Positions 15,441-24,847 are shown, counted from the first letter of the stretch. The stretch: 64,000 bases of DNA from Myxococcota bacterium (GCA_046734815.1 JBKPRZ010000179.1:1960-65959), one strand, 5' to 3'. Notes: generated from the sequence alone by a model not told the origin. Numbers and translations are program-made.

Positions 15441-16682
15441 TCAGTGGCGGCGCAGGGCCAGCAGCCCGACCGCCAGCAGGCCGGCCGCCGCGGCGACCAG
15501 CGAATCCCCGGCGATGGCGGTGGCGCTGTCGTGGAACCGCCACAGCAGCCCGACCTGCAGCAGACAGGGCAGCAGCAGGGTCCAGGCACCCGCGGTGCGG
15601 CCCTGCCCCAGCCAGGCGAACATCGCCACCGCCTGCACCACCAGCAGCGAGGTGGTGGCCCACTGGATGCGCAGGATCGGCTCGCCGCCGGCAAAGTCGG
15701 CGCCGAAGGCAAGCCGCAGCACCGTCGCGCCGAACAGCCACGGGACCAGGTTGCTGAGCGCCAGACCACCGGCCACCGCGGCGGTCACCGACACCGCCAG
15801 CCGGCGCGAGGACACACCGCGGGCGCGCGCGGTGGCTACCCGCGAGAACAGCACCTGGTAGATGGGGGTGGCGGCCAGGTACAGCAGGCGGGTCAAGGTG
15901 GTGCACGCTCCGTAGACGCCGGCGTCGCCCGGAGGCAGAACCCGCTTGGCCAGCAACATGTCGGCGCCGACCACGAAGGAGAAATAGAAATAGACGATGA
16001 ACAACGGCAGCGAGAAGGCGTAGAGCCCGCCGCGCTCGATTGCCGTCGGGGGGCCGCCTTTCAGGTCGCGCAGCTGCCACAGACCGAGCGTCAGGGCGGC
16101 CACCATCCCGGCGGCGTACCCGCCGATGGCGCCGGCCGCGCCCGCTCCCAGCCACATGGCGGCGGCTCCCACGCCCAGCCGCGCCGCCGCCTCGACCACC
16201 AGGTTCACGCCGTAGGCAAAGAACCGGTGGTCGCCCCGCTGCGCGCCCCGCGGGACGATCGCCAGGGTGGAAAAAACGGCGTAGGCCGCCAGGACGCCGA
16301 GCTCCCGGTAGCCGTCCAGCCGCAGCGCCCGGCGCACCAGGGGACCGGCCAGCAGGCAGGCCAGCAACCCGACCGCCAGCGGCCCGAGCAGGCGCCTGAG
16401 CACGCCGGAGCAGACCGCGGCGACGCCACCGCTGGTTCCCTGGGCGTGGAAGGTGGCGGCCAGGCGGGTGATGCCGGTCTCCAGCGGCCCCAGCACCAGG
16501 GCCAGCAGCCCCGCCAGAGTCATCAGCGCCACGACCGGGGCGTATCCCTCCGGTCCCAGCAGACGGGTGCCGACCGAGGCATAGACCGCGGCCAGCACCG
16601 CCGCTCCGCCGTGCGCCACCGTCAGCACGGCCGACTGCGACCAGAAGCCGCGGGTCGAAGACGTGCCGGCCTGGTCGTCCAC
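15441..16682 (-). CDS. polysaccharide/oligosaccharide flippase (Wzx/MOP superfamily-like)
   Basis: Only the 3' 414 codons of track ORF 15441..17579 are used (GTG 16682, 6 nt after the upstream stop). About 12-14 TM helices, with Gly/Ala-rich helices typical of MOP flippases. Confidence 0.75.
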   Translation of the reverse strand: MDDQAGTSSTRGFWSQSAVLTVAHGGAAVLAAVYASVGTRLLGPEGYAPVVALMTLAGLLALVLGPLETGITRLAATFHAQGTSGGVAAVCSGVLRRLLGPLAVGLLACLLAGPLVRRALRLDGYRELGVLAAYAVFSTLAIVPRGAQRGDHRFFAYGVNLVVEAAARLGVGAAAMWLGAGAAGAIGGYAAGMVAALTLGLWQLRDLKGGPPTAIERGGLYAFSLPLFIVYFYFSFVVGADMLLAKRVLPPGDAGVYGACTTLTRLLYLAATPIYQVLFSRVATARARGVSSRRLAVSVTAAVAGGLALSNLVPWLFGATVLRLAFGADFAGGEPILRIQWATTSLLVVQAVAMFAWLGQGRTAGAWTLLLPCLLQVGLLWRFHDSATAIAGDSLVAAAAGLLAVGLLALRRH

Positions 16683-16687
16683 GCGGG

Positions 16688-18403
16688 TTAGCCGCTCCCC
16701 GGCCGCAGGAAGAACAGCTTTTGCGGGAAGTAGAAGTGAAAATGCATGTCCGGCAACCCGAAGACGTCGACATTGTGCCAGACGAACAGCAAGCCCAGGG
16801 CGGCCCAGGCCCAGCGGGGCCGTAGCCGGGCGAGGACCAGGGCCACCGCCAGGTAGACGGCGGGATAGGCGATGTAGGTGAAACGTGGGAGCTCGATCAG
16901 CAAGGTGCCGGCCCAGGGGACCTGGCCGAAGAAGAGGTAGACGTTGAGGATGGCGGCCGGCGCCATGACGGCGAGCACCAGGCGGCGGCGCTCGGGGGAC
17001 ATCCACAGCAGCGCGGCCACCGCGATCGCGCTCTCGACCAGGAAGAAGGCGAAGGCCAGGTTCTGTGCGTACACCCGGACCAGGTTGACCGACTGCCAGT
17101 AGAGCTCGCCGGGCCGGGGGTGGCGCAACGTCGCCAGGATCTGCGCCAGCGCGCGGGTGCCGTGGTCCGTGTTGTAGGCGTTGTTGGGCAGCCCGGCGAT
17201 GCGATACGCGACAAGGATGAAACCGCCGTAGACCGCCAGCGAGATCGCCAGCGCCACCAGCGTGCGTTTCCAGGGGGCGTGCCGGACCAGTCCGTAGATC
17301 AGCAGCCCCGGGTAGAATGGAAAAAGGTCGTAGGTCGCCGCGCAGAGCCCCAGCAGCACGCCGAACAGGACCGGCCGCCGCTGATCGACCATGAGCAGCT
17401 CGAACAGGAACAGCAGCACCGCCACGGCGGCGTAGCCGGCCAGGTAGTGCATCGGCTGCGCCGCGAAGTAGACGAAGCCGTTGCCGATGCAGACCAGGGC
17501 GGCGGCGAACATCGCCACGCGCGCGTCTCCGATCGCGCGGCGGGCCCAGCCGTACGTACACAGCACCGCCACCAGCCACAGGACGGTGTTGAGCACCAGG
17601 TAGACATGAAAGGGATTCCAGAAATAGGTGAAAGGTGAAGAGAGGTAGTGCAGGAAGCTCCGCCGCAACAACATCGTCTGCACCGGCCGCGGAAGACCGT
17701 TGAACAGATCATTGAGCGTGGTGAAAAAGCCCACGTCGCCGTTGACCGCCGCGAACCCTCCCGGCAAGAGACAGCGGTGGTGCCAGGTGCCCTCCTCGAA
17801 ATACTGGGTGTAGGTGTAGGGCGAGCGCAGGGAGGTGTGCAGCCAGGTCTGCAGCAGGATCAGCACGAAGGCGGCGATCACGGGGCTCAGCCACGCCGGC
17901 CAGCTCGCGCGCGGCCGGCGCGGGCCCCCGCCCGCCAGCCAGACCAGCAGCGCGGCGATCACTGCCAGGGCCAGGAAAAACGGGACCTCGTGCGGAAAAC
18001 CGCCGCGGGCCAGCGCCGCCGGGAACCATTCCATCCGCGTGTCCGGAGGCGGCGGGTAGATGGTGGTGGTCAGGCGGAAGCGCTGCAGTCCCAGCCAGTG
18101 GTAGGGCAGGCACTCGATCAGCAGGAGCGCTCCGGCAATGGCGCGGGCCACCGCCGGGCGTGAGCCCAGAGCGCGCGCCAGCTGGTGGGCGACGGCCGGC
18201 GTGATGAGCAAAAAGAAGAGCGAGCACAGGTAGGCGGGCCGCGCGAACCGGCCGCCGGCCTCCTGCCAGTCGAAGCGTCCGGCGAGCAGCGCCGCACCCA
18301 GCGCCGAGGCCGCTGCCCAGATCAGCAGCGGACGCCCCCAGCGGCGGACAGGGGTCACCGGCGGGCGCTCGCTGGTGTCGTTCGGGGGCGGCTGTGCGGA
18401 CAC
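16688..18403 (-). CDS. polytopic integral membrane protein of unknown family (candidate polymerase or GT-C-like enzyme)
   Basis: 571 aa with more than 12 hydrophobic helices, rich in aromatic residues (FTYFWNPFHVYLVLN, GNGFVYFAAQPMHY). GTG start 6 nt after the GT4 stop. No family motif recognised. Confidence 0.75.
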   Translation of the reverse strand: MSAQPPPNDTSERPPVTPVRRWGRPLLIWAAASALGAALLAGRFDWQEAGGRFARPAYLCSLFFLLITPAVAHQLARALGSRPAVARAIAGALLLIECLPYHWLGLQRFRLTTTIYPPPPDTRMEWFPAALARGGFPHEVPFFLALAVIAALLVWLAGGGPRRPRASWPAWLSPVIAAFVLILLQTWLHTSLRSPYTYTQYFEEGTWHHRCLLPGGFAAVNGDVGFFTTLNDLFNGLPRPVQTMLLRRSFLHYLSSPFTYFWNPFHVYLVLNTVLWLVAVLCTYGWARRAIGDARVAMFAAALVCIGNGFVYFAAQPMHYLAGYAAVAVLLFLFELLMVDQRRPVLFGVLLGLCAATYDLFPFYPGLLIYGLVRHAPWKRTLVALAISLAVYGGFILVAYRIAGLPNNAYNTDHGTRALAQILATLRHPRPGELYWQSVNLVRVYAQNLAFAFFLVESAIAVAALLWMSPERRRLVLAVMAPAAILNVYLFFGQVPWAGTLLIELPRFTYIAYPAVYLAVALVLARLRPRWAWAALGLLFVWHNVDVFGLPDMHFHFYFPQKLFFLRPGSG

Positions 18404-18409
18404 GTTCCC

Positions 18410-19573
18410 TCAGCTCGCTCGGGCGGCGTGCGCCAGCTCGGCCGCGCGCAGCAGGGAGGCGGCCACCTTCTCGGGGGTGCACCGCTGCTCGACCAGGCGG
18501 CGGGATTCGCGCCCCATCCGGGCAGCCGCGGCCGGCTCGGCCAGCACCTTGTCGAGGGCCGCCTGCAGCGCGGGCACGTCTCCTGGCGGCACCCGGAAGC
18601 CGTTCACCCCCGGCTCGACCAGGTCGGGGGCCGCGCCGCAGCTCTCGGAGACGATCAGGGGCAGGCTCGCCAGGGCCGCTTCGTTGACCACCAGGCCCCA
18701 CACCTCCTCGAGCGACGGGAGCGCGAAGACGTCGGCCAGCTGGTAATAGAGCGGCAGCTGCTCCAGCGGTTTGTTACCGACGAAGCGGACCGCCCCGGGC
18801 AACAGGGTCCGGGCCTGTTGCTCCCAGCTCGCCCGCATCGGCCCCTCTCCGACCAGCAGGAGCGCCACGTCCCGCCCCCCCTGTCTCAGGGCGGCCACCG
18901 CCTCGATGAGGTGGTGAGCGCCCTTGCGCTCGAGCATGCGCCCCACGAACAGGACCACCGGGCGGTCCCCCAGCTCCAGGGCCGCGCGTTCGGCCGCCAC
19001 GCGCGGGAGAAGGGTCTGGCATCGGGAGAGAAAGCGGGCGTTGTCCACGCAGTGGAACGCCGGTACCACCCGCTCGGGCGGGGCGCCCAGATCCACAAGG
19101 TAAGCCGCCGAGGCGGTGCCGTAGCTGGCCCAGGCGTCGCTGTGCCTCACCAGATGGCGCACCGGGGCCCGGGTCAGGGTGCGCCGCCAGCTGGGCTCGT
19201 GGCGGGTGCTGCCCGCCCACAGGACCATCGGGATGCGCCGGCGGCGGCAGGAGGCGAAGGCGTGCCAGTTGGTGATCGAGCCCCAGCCCGCGTTGATGAC
19301 GACGTCGGGGCGGGCGTCGCGCAGGTACCGGCCAAGCCCCGGGTTGATGTGCACCGACAGCGTGTCCCAGCGCATGAACAGGCTCAGCTCGCGCCCGGGC
19401 AGGACGGTGCTCCGGAAGTTGTGGTCTGATTCACTGGCCCAGGTGCGATCCGCCTCGCTCTCGGCGAAGTAGACGACCTCCAGATCCACCCCCGGGGCAT
19501 TCGCCATGGCCGTGAAGACCGGCATCATGTGGGGGTTGATGACGTTCTGGAGGAGCAAGATGCGCATCGGCAA
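18410..19573 (-). CDS. glycosyltransferase family 4 (GT-B, group 1)
   Basis: 387 aa. C-terminal EX7E region PSLEEVWGLVVNEAALASLPLIVS and GVNGF. Confidence 0.9.
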   Translation of the reverse strand: MPMRILLLQNVINPHMMPVFTAMANAPGVDLEVVYFAESEADRTWASESDHNFRSTVLPGRELSLFMRWDTLSVHINPGLGRYLRDARPDVVINAGWGSITNWHAFASCRRRRIPMVLWAGSTRHEPSWRRTLTRAPVRHLVRHSDAWASYGTASAAYLVDLGAPPERVVPAFHCVDNARFLSRCQTLLPRVAAERAALELGDRPVVLFVGRMLERKGAHHLIEAVAALRQGGRDVALLLVGEGPMRASWEQQARTLLPGAVRFVGNKPLEQLPLYYQLADVFALPSLEEVWGLVVNEAALASLPLIVSESCGAAPDLVEPGVNGFRVPPGDVPALQAALDKVLAEPAAAARMGRESRRLVEQRCTPEKVAASLLRAAELAHAARAS

Positions 19574-19655
19574 TCGGAGGAAGGCGCCAATCTAGCGCCG
19601 GAGCCGCCAAATTCGGCCTTCATTTTTTCATTTCAGCCCTTATCCTCAAGCTCCG

Positions 19656-20363
19656 ATGGACAGCGCCAGTCAGCCAGCCGCAGCCCTCGATCGCTGCGCG
19701 GTCATCGTGCCCGCGTACAACGAGGCGGCGGTGATCGGGCAGGTGCTGCGCGAGATCCGGCGCCTGTTTCCCCGGGTGCTGGTGGTGGATGACGGCAGCG
19801 CCGACGGAACGGCGGAGGAGGCGCGGGCAGCGGGCGCGCTGGTGCTGCGCCACTGCTTCAACGTGGGCCAGGGCGGGGCGCTGGAGACCGGCATCCGTTA
19901 CGCGCTGGCAACCGGCGCCGAATATTTCGTCACCATGGATGCCGACGGCCAGCACCAGCCCGCCGATGCGCTCGCCATGCTGGCGGAGCTGCAACAGCGC
20001 CGGGCGGAGCTGGACATCGTGCTGGGTTCGCGCTTTCTGGGCCAGCGGCCGCAGATGGGGATGCGTCGGAGGCTGATGTTGAGGGCGGCGACCTGGGTCA
20101 GCCGGCTGCTGCACGGCCTGGCCCTGACCGACACCCACAACGGGTTGCGCGTCTTCGGGCGCAAGGTGGCCGAGCGGATGCGGTTTGCTCACGTCGACAT
20201 GGCCCACGCTTCCGACGTCTACGACATCATCCGCAAGTACCACTTCCGCTTCGAGGAGCGCCCGGTCACCATCCGCTACACCGACTACTCGCGCGCGAAG
20301 GGGCAGCCGATGGTGAACGCGATCAACGTGCTCATCGATTTTCTGTTCAACCGGGTCAAATAG
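19656..20363 (+). CDS. glycosyltransferase family 2, polyprenyl-phosphate sugar synthase-like (GtrB/DPM1-like)
   Basis: 235 aa. VIVPAYNE, VVDDGSADGT, TMDADGQH. Soluble GT2 followed directly by a DUF2304-type small membrane protein. Confidence 0.85.
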   Translation: MDSASQPAAALDRCAVIVPAYNEAAVIGQVLREIRRLFPRVLVVDDGSADGTAEEARAAGALVLRHCFNVGQGGALETGIRYALATGAEYFVTMDADGQHQPADALAMLAELQQRRAELDIVLGSRFLGQRPQMGMRRRLMLRAATWVSRLLHGLALTDTHNGLRVFGRKVAERMRFAHVDMAHASDVYDIIRKYHFRFEERPVTIRYTDYSRAKGQPMVNAINVLIDFLFNRVK

Positions 20364-20377
20364 AGGAATCGACAAGC

Positions 20378-20773
20378 GTGATCCGCCTGGTCTTGCTCAC
20401 CGGCCTGATCGGCATCGCCATCTTCGTCACCTTCGGGCGCGACAGCGCCGGGTTGCGGGCCAGCCGCAAGTTGCTGTTCCTGGCCATCACCTTCTCCGGT
20501 TGCGTCGCGGTCCTGTTCCCGGAGCTGGTTCAGGACATCGCCGACGTCCTGGGGGTGGGCCGCGGCACCGACCTGCTCCTGTACATCGTCACCATCATGG
20601 TGCTCAGCATGGCGGTCACGATGTTCGTCAGCAAGCAACACGCCGAGCGCCGCGAAGCCACCCTGGTGCAGTCGCTGGCCATCCTGCAGGCCCAGCTGGA
20701 CGAGCTCCGGGCCCAGCTCCCGCCCGCGGCCGGAGCTCAAGCTCCCGGCGTCGGGACCGGCCCGGTCCGCTGA
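20378..20773 (+). CDS. small membrane protein, DUF2304-like
   Basis: 131 aa with four predicted TM segments and a C-terminal amphipathic tail. GTG start 14 nt after the GT2 stop. This is the usual partner position of DUF2304 next to GT2 genes. Confidence 0.7.
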   Translation: MIRLVLLTGLIGIAIFVTFGRDSAGLRASRKLLFLAITFSGCVAVLFPELVQDIADVLGVGRGTDLLLYIVTIMVLSMAVTMFVSKQHAERREATLVQSLAILQAQLDELRAQLPPAAGAQAPGVGTGPVR

Positions 20774-22329
20774 GGGCGCCCCCACAGCAGCACCGAGGCG
20801 CTCGCGCCGCCGAACAGGAAGCCCAGGAGCAACACCACTCCCGCTGTCCGCCGGACGCCTCGCCAGTCCAGGAACCACCAGTCGATTCGGGCGCGGGCGT
20901 AGCTGGCCGCCACGTTGAGAGACAGCGTCGTGTAGCGGTGCCAGGGAGCGTCCGCCTCCGCCTGACGCCAGTCGTGTCGCTGCGGAACGTGGCGCAGGAG
21001 CCAGTAATGGCCTTCGATCGGCGAGAGGCCGGGCAACCAGTTGACCGGGTAAAAATCCTCGAAGCAGGGATCGCAGGCTCCCCCGCGATCTTTGCTGGCC
21101 GCGCCGGCTCGGTTCGGGATGCCCAGCCAGCGGGTGCGGGCTTCCTGGGAGATGCGAATGAAGTGGTCCCAGTAAAAGGCGTTGGCCACCACCTGTACGA
21201 ACAGGCCGCTGGCGAACACCGCGCCGGCGACCAGGAGGGCCGCGCGCCGGCGCACCTGGAGGAGGTGGTCGAAGGCGAGGACCGCCGGCAACAGGAGAAC
21301 CGGAACGATGAACAGGATGTAGCGAGGGCCCCAGCACCAGTCGCCGCTCCAGAACAGGAAGCGGGCGTTTATGAACACCACCGGGCCTGCGCTCAGCAGG
21401 AAGGCCCAGAGCCACTGCCGCTGCCGGTTGCGAACCAGGAAAGGGACCGCCACCAGGCTGGCCATCAACGGGGGGCTGTACAGAAGCAGGCTCTTGCCCG
21501 GGGACAGAAACAGACCGTAAAGGCCCCAGAAGGGGGTCTCGGCGAAGGTGCGCGCCGGTTTCTGCGAGATGGGCAGGGCGTAGCCGACGTCGAAGAAGGA
21601 GCCCGTGCGGACGTGGTTGTAGGCGAGCGTCATGATCACGCCCGGGAGCAAGCCGAGGACCGCCCAGGGCAGGAGCTTCAGCAGCCGACCGCCCCCACGC
21701 GAGCGGTAGATGCTGACCCCGACCAGCGCGGCCGCTCCGGGCAGCGCCAGGAGGTAGACCACCTTGGTGTTGATCAACATGCCGGCCCACAACCCCACCA
21801 GCAACGCGGCCGTCGGGGTGGCCTGGCGGTCCAGCCGCAGCAGCCACAGGAAGAATCCCAGGTAGGCGGCGGTCTGGGAGATCTCCGACCAGGGCGAACG
21901 GGCGTACACCCAGATCATGGTGCCGAAGGCCAGCATCAGCACGCCCAGGTTGGTGGCCAGCACCGAGGCGCCCAGGTCGCGGCAGAGCAGGGCGAACAGC
22001 AGGCATACCAGCGCTCCCACCGCGGCGGGGGCCAGGTGGCTGGCCAGCGCCTTCATCGGTTCGCTGTGCGCGGGCCAGTGGGCCCGCAGCTTTTTGTGGA
22101 GATAGGAGCCGGGCACGTGGATCAGCGAGGGCAGCAGCGGGTTGACGGCGTAATACTTGCCGTTGTGCGCGATCCCCGGCGGCGCCACATCGACCGAGCC
22201 CAGGTACACGATGGACTCGGCCACCTGATAGATGCGCCGGCCGTCGTTCCAGGGCAGCTCCCGGCTCTGGGAGGCCATGTAGGCCAGGAAGACGGTCAGG
22301 AACAGTCCGAGCTTTTGCCAGGAGGACAT
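20737..22329 (-). CDS. GT-C fold glycosyltransferase (ArnT/PMT-like, polyprenyl-phosphate-sugar dependent)
   Basis: 530 aa with more than 11 TM helices, a first periplasmic loop containing acidic residues (ELPWNDGRR) and a C-terminal periplasmic domain. Its 3' end overlaps the convergent DUF2304 gene by 37 nt. Confidence 0.8.
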   Translation of the reverse strand: MSSWQKLGLFLTVFLAYMASQSRELPWNDGRRIYQVAESIVYLGSVDVAPPGIAHNGKYYAVNPLLPSLIHVPGSYLHKKLRAHWPAHSEPMKALASHLAPAAVGALVCLLFALLCRDLGASVLATNLGVLMLAFGTMIWVYARSPWSEISQTAAYLGFFLWLLRLDRQATPTAALLVGLWAGMLINTKVVYLLALPGAAALVGVSIYRSRGGGRLLKLLPWAVLGLLPGVIMTLAYNHVRTGSFFDVGYALPISQKPARTFAETPFWGLYGLFLSPGKSLLLYSPPLMASLVAVPFLVRNRQRQWLWAFLLSAGPVVFINARFLFWSGDWCWGPRYILFIVPVLLLPAVLAFDHLLQVRRRAALLVAGAVFASGLFVQVVANAFYWDHFIRISQEARTRWLGIPNRAGAASKDRGGACDPCFEDFYPVNWLPGLSPIEGHYWLLRHVPQRHDWRQAEADAPWHRYTTLSLNVAASYARARIDWWFLDWRGVRRTAGVVLLLGFLFGGASASVLLWGRPQRTGPVPTPGA

Positions 22330-22409
22330 CGCGGACGGATCAGGTTCCGGGCGGCGAGCTGAAGTCGCGCATCTGCGAAGTGCCGGGTGCGCTCACGAAT
22401 TCGGCGGAT

Positions 22410-22438
22410 GCTAGCGGAAGCGCTGACTGGCCGCTAGC
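22410..22438. repeat. perfect 8-bp inverted repeat in the GT2/GT-C intergenic gap
   Basis: GCTAGCGG (22410-22417), a 13-nt loop, then CCGCTAGC (22431-22438). Lies inside the 139-nt gap between two same-strand genes. Could be an attenuator, terminator or protein-binding site. Confidence 0.35.
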
Positions 22439-22468
22439 CGCGGCTGGCGATTTTGGCCCCTGAACCTT

Positions 22469-23254
22469 TCACGGGCGTGACACCAGACTCAGCAGTCGGT
22501 AGAGGTTGAGGATGAGCAGGCGCTTGCCCAGGCGGCGCGCGCCCACCCAGGCGCCAGCCCGGTACCGGGCCGCGATGGCGCTGGCCTGATCCAGCTGGCG
22601 CTCGAAGCTGCCACCGCTCTTGCTGCTGCGGTACCAGCGAAAGCAGGCCAGCGGTTCCTCGAGGTAGACCGGCGGCCCCCGTCGCGCCAGACGCAAGAAC
22701 AGGTCGTAATCGAACGCCAGATCCAGCTCCGGATCCAGGTAGCCGATCTGATCGTGCACCGATCGCCGCCAGAAGGCGGTCATCTGGCTGATGTAGTTCT
22801 CGGTCAGCAGGTTCGCGAAGGAGTGGCGGCGCGCGCGAAAGTGCTTGTATCGGCTGATCCAGCTCCGGAGGGGCGCGCCTCGCTCGTCGACGATCTCGCA
22901 CCGGCCGTGGATCCACTCCGTGTTCGGGTTGCTGGTGAAGGCCTGCGCCACCCGGGCCAGAGCGCCGGGCAGCAGGAGATCGTCGCTGTTCAACCACGCC
23001 ACCACGTCCCCGGTGGCCGCCCGCAACCCCTTGTTGATGGCATCGATCTGACCGCGGTCTGGCTCGGACACCCAGCGCAGCCGGGGCCCGAAGCTTTTCA
23101 ACACCTCCAGGGTTCCGTCGCTGCTGCCTCCGTCGATCACCTTGTATTCGAGCTCGAAATCGCCGGTCTGGGCGAGCACGCTGTCGATGGTGCGGCCGAT
23201 GAAGCCTGCCTGGTTGAAGGAGGGGGTGACCAGGGAGATGCGAAGGCGCGCCAC
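22469..23254 (-). CDS. glycosyltransferase family 2
   Basis: SLVTPSFNQAGFIGRTIDSVLAQT, VIDGGSSDGT, WLNSDDLL. Start placed at GTG 23254 (VARLRISL). The track ORF extends to 23494 but would then overlap the divergent gene. Confidence 0.8.
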   Translation of the reverse strand: MARLRISLVTPSFNQAGFIGRTIDSVLAQTGDFELEYKVIDGGSSDGTLEVLKSFGPRLRWVSEPDRGQIDAINKGLRAATGDVVAWLNSDDLLLPGALARVAQAFTSNPNTEWIHGRCEIVDERGAPLRSWISRYKHFRARRHSFANLLTENYISQMTAFWRRSVHDQIGYLDPELDLAFDYDLFLRLARRGPPVYLEEPLACFRWYRSSKSGGSFERQLDQASAIAARYRAGAWVGARRLGKRLLILNLYRLLSLVSRP

Positions 23255-23348
23255 GGAGCGGTCGATGGTACGAAAATGACGACCGCGCCGCCACCACCGG
23301 CCGCCCGGTTTGACTGCCGTCCACCGGCCGGTCAAAGTGCCCGTCGCC

Positions 23349-24152
23349 ATGGTCCTGCACGGAGCGGTTCGAACGTCGGCGCGCGGCGTGCTGCGGCTGT
23401 GCACCGACGGGGAGTACCGCCGGGTCAGCGCGCTGTCGCTTCGTTTTGCTCTGCGGCCGCGCCGCAAGCCGGGCAAGGTGCGGCTGGGCGGCACGCCCTT
23501 TCGGTTCCCCGATGCGGCCTCGTTCCTGTCGGCGTATGAAGAGATCTTCGCCGACCGGATCTACGCTTTCGAGAGCGCCAGCCCGAACCCTCTGGTCCTG
23601 GACCTGGGGGCCAACGTGGGGCTGAGCGTCCTCTTCTTCAAGCGCCTCTACCCGAACGCACGGGTGGTGGCGCTGGAGCCGGACCCGGAGATCTTTCGCT
23701 ATCTCGAGACCAACGTGGCTGCCTTCGGGCTGGGCGACGTCACGCTCAAGAATGCCGCCGTCTGGAAGGAGACGACCGAGATCGCCTTCGCCGCCGACGG
23801 CGCGGACGGCGGGCGGGTGGGGGAAGGGGGGGCCTTGCGGGTGCCGGCCATCGGTATCGCCGAGCTGATGGAGGGCAGGCCGGTGGACTTCCTGAAGATG
23901 GACATCGAAGGCGCGGAGGCGGACGTGTTGCCCGCGTGCGCGCCGATGCTGCGGGAGGTGCGCAACGTGTTCGTGGAGTACCATTCCCCCGCCGGCAGGC
24001 CGCAGCGGCTGGACGGGATCATCGACACCCTGGTGGGGGCGGGGTTTCGCATTGCCCTGCAGACAGTCAAGAGCCCGCGGTCACCCTTCGTGCCCCGTCC
24101 CTCGGAAGAGGCCTTCGACCTGCAGCTCAACATCTCCGGGTACCGACCGTGA
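23349..24152 (+). CDS. FkbM-family SAM-dependent methyltransferase
   Basis: LDLGANVGLSVLFFKRLYP and FLKMDIEGAEADVL. ATG 23349 is preferred; the ORF opens at TTG 23310. Confidence 0.85.
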   Translation: MVLHGAVRTSARGVLRLCTDGEYRRVSALSLRFALRPRRKPGKVRLGGTPFRFPDAASFLSAYEEIFADRIYAFESASPNPLVLDLGANVGLSVLFFKRLYPNARVVALEPDPEIFRYLETNVAAFGLGDVTLKNAAVWKETTEIAFAADGADGGRVGEGGALRVPAIGIAELMEGRPVDFLKMDIEGAEADVLPACAPMLREVRNVFVEYHSPAGRPQRLDGIIDTLVGAGFRIALQTVKSPRSPFVPRPSEEAFDLQLNISGYRP

Positions 24153-24847
24153 GCTTGCGCGAGCGACTCTTGCCGTTCGCCCAGCAAGCCTTCCGTCAGC
24201 TGGGATCCGTGCGCTTCGAAGACGACCAGCGCAACGAGCCGCGCAGCCGGCTGTTCGGCACCGAACGGGGGACGGCCATCGATCGCCGTTACATCGAGCG
24301 GTTCCTGGACGAGCGTCGATCCCGGATCCGCGGCCGCGTGCTGGAGGTGGGCGAGAGCCGATACGCCCCGCGGCTGGGCGGCCCGGGCGCGCGCTACGAG
24401 GTCCTGCACGTGGAGCCGGGACACCCGGGCGCCTCGGTGGTCGGCGACCTGACCCGCCCGGAGACCTTGCCGGCCGACGGGTTCGACTGCTTCATCTGCA
24501 CACAGACCTTCAACTTCATCTACGACCTGACCGCCGCCGTCCGCGGCGCCGCCCACCTGCTGCGCCCGGCTGGGGTCTTGCTCGCGACCGTCGCGGGGAT
24601 CTCCCAGATCAGCCGCTTCGACATGGACCGCTGGGGCGATTACTGGCGTTTCACCAGCGCCAGCTGCCAGCGCCTGTTTGCCAGCGCGTTTGCCCGGGTC
24701 GAGGTGGTCACCTTCGGCAACGTCCTGGCTGCGAAGGCGCTGCTGGATGGGCTGGCGGTCGAAGATCTGCCCCGCCCCGAGCTTCTCGATCGGGTGGACC
24801 CCGACTATCAGGTCGTGCTCGGGATCGAGGCCACCAAGGCAGCCTGA
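24149..24847 (+). CDS. class I SAM-dependent methyltransferase (probable)
   Basis: GTG 24149 overlaps the FkbM stop (GTGA). Rossmann-like core RVLEVGESRY...DCFICTQTFNFIYD...LLRPAGVLLATV. Part of track ORF 23936..24847. Confidence 0.7.
   Translation: MSLRERLLPFAQQAFRQLGSVRFEDDQRNEPRSRLFGTERGTAIDRRYIERFLDERRSRIRGRVLEVGESRYAPRLGGPGARYEVLHVEPGHPGASVVGDLTRPETLPADGFDCFICTQTFNFIYDLTAAVRGAAHLLRPAGVLLATVAGISQISRFDMDRWGDYWRFTSASCQRLFASAFARVEVVTFGNVLAAKALLDGLAVEDLPRPELLDRVDPDYQVVLGIEATKAA

Noticed and set aside
14920-16773. 617-aa Arg/Gly/Pro-rich ORF (and the nested 15164..15757 and 15444..16691 ORFs) overlapping the aminotransferase and flippase genes
   Set aside because: It has extreme RGP bias and no domains. 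It overlaps two well-supported genes on either strand. This is a GC-frame artefact.
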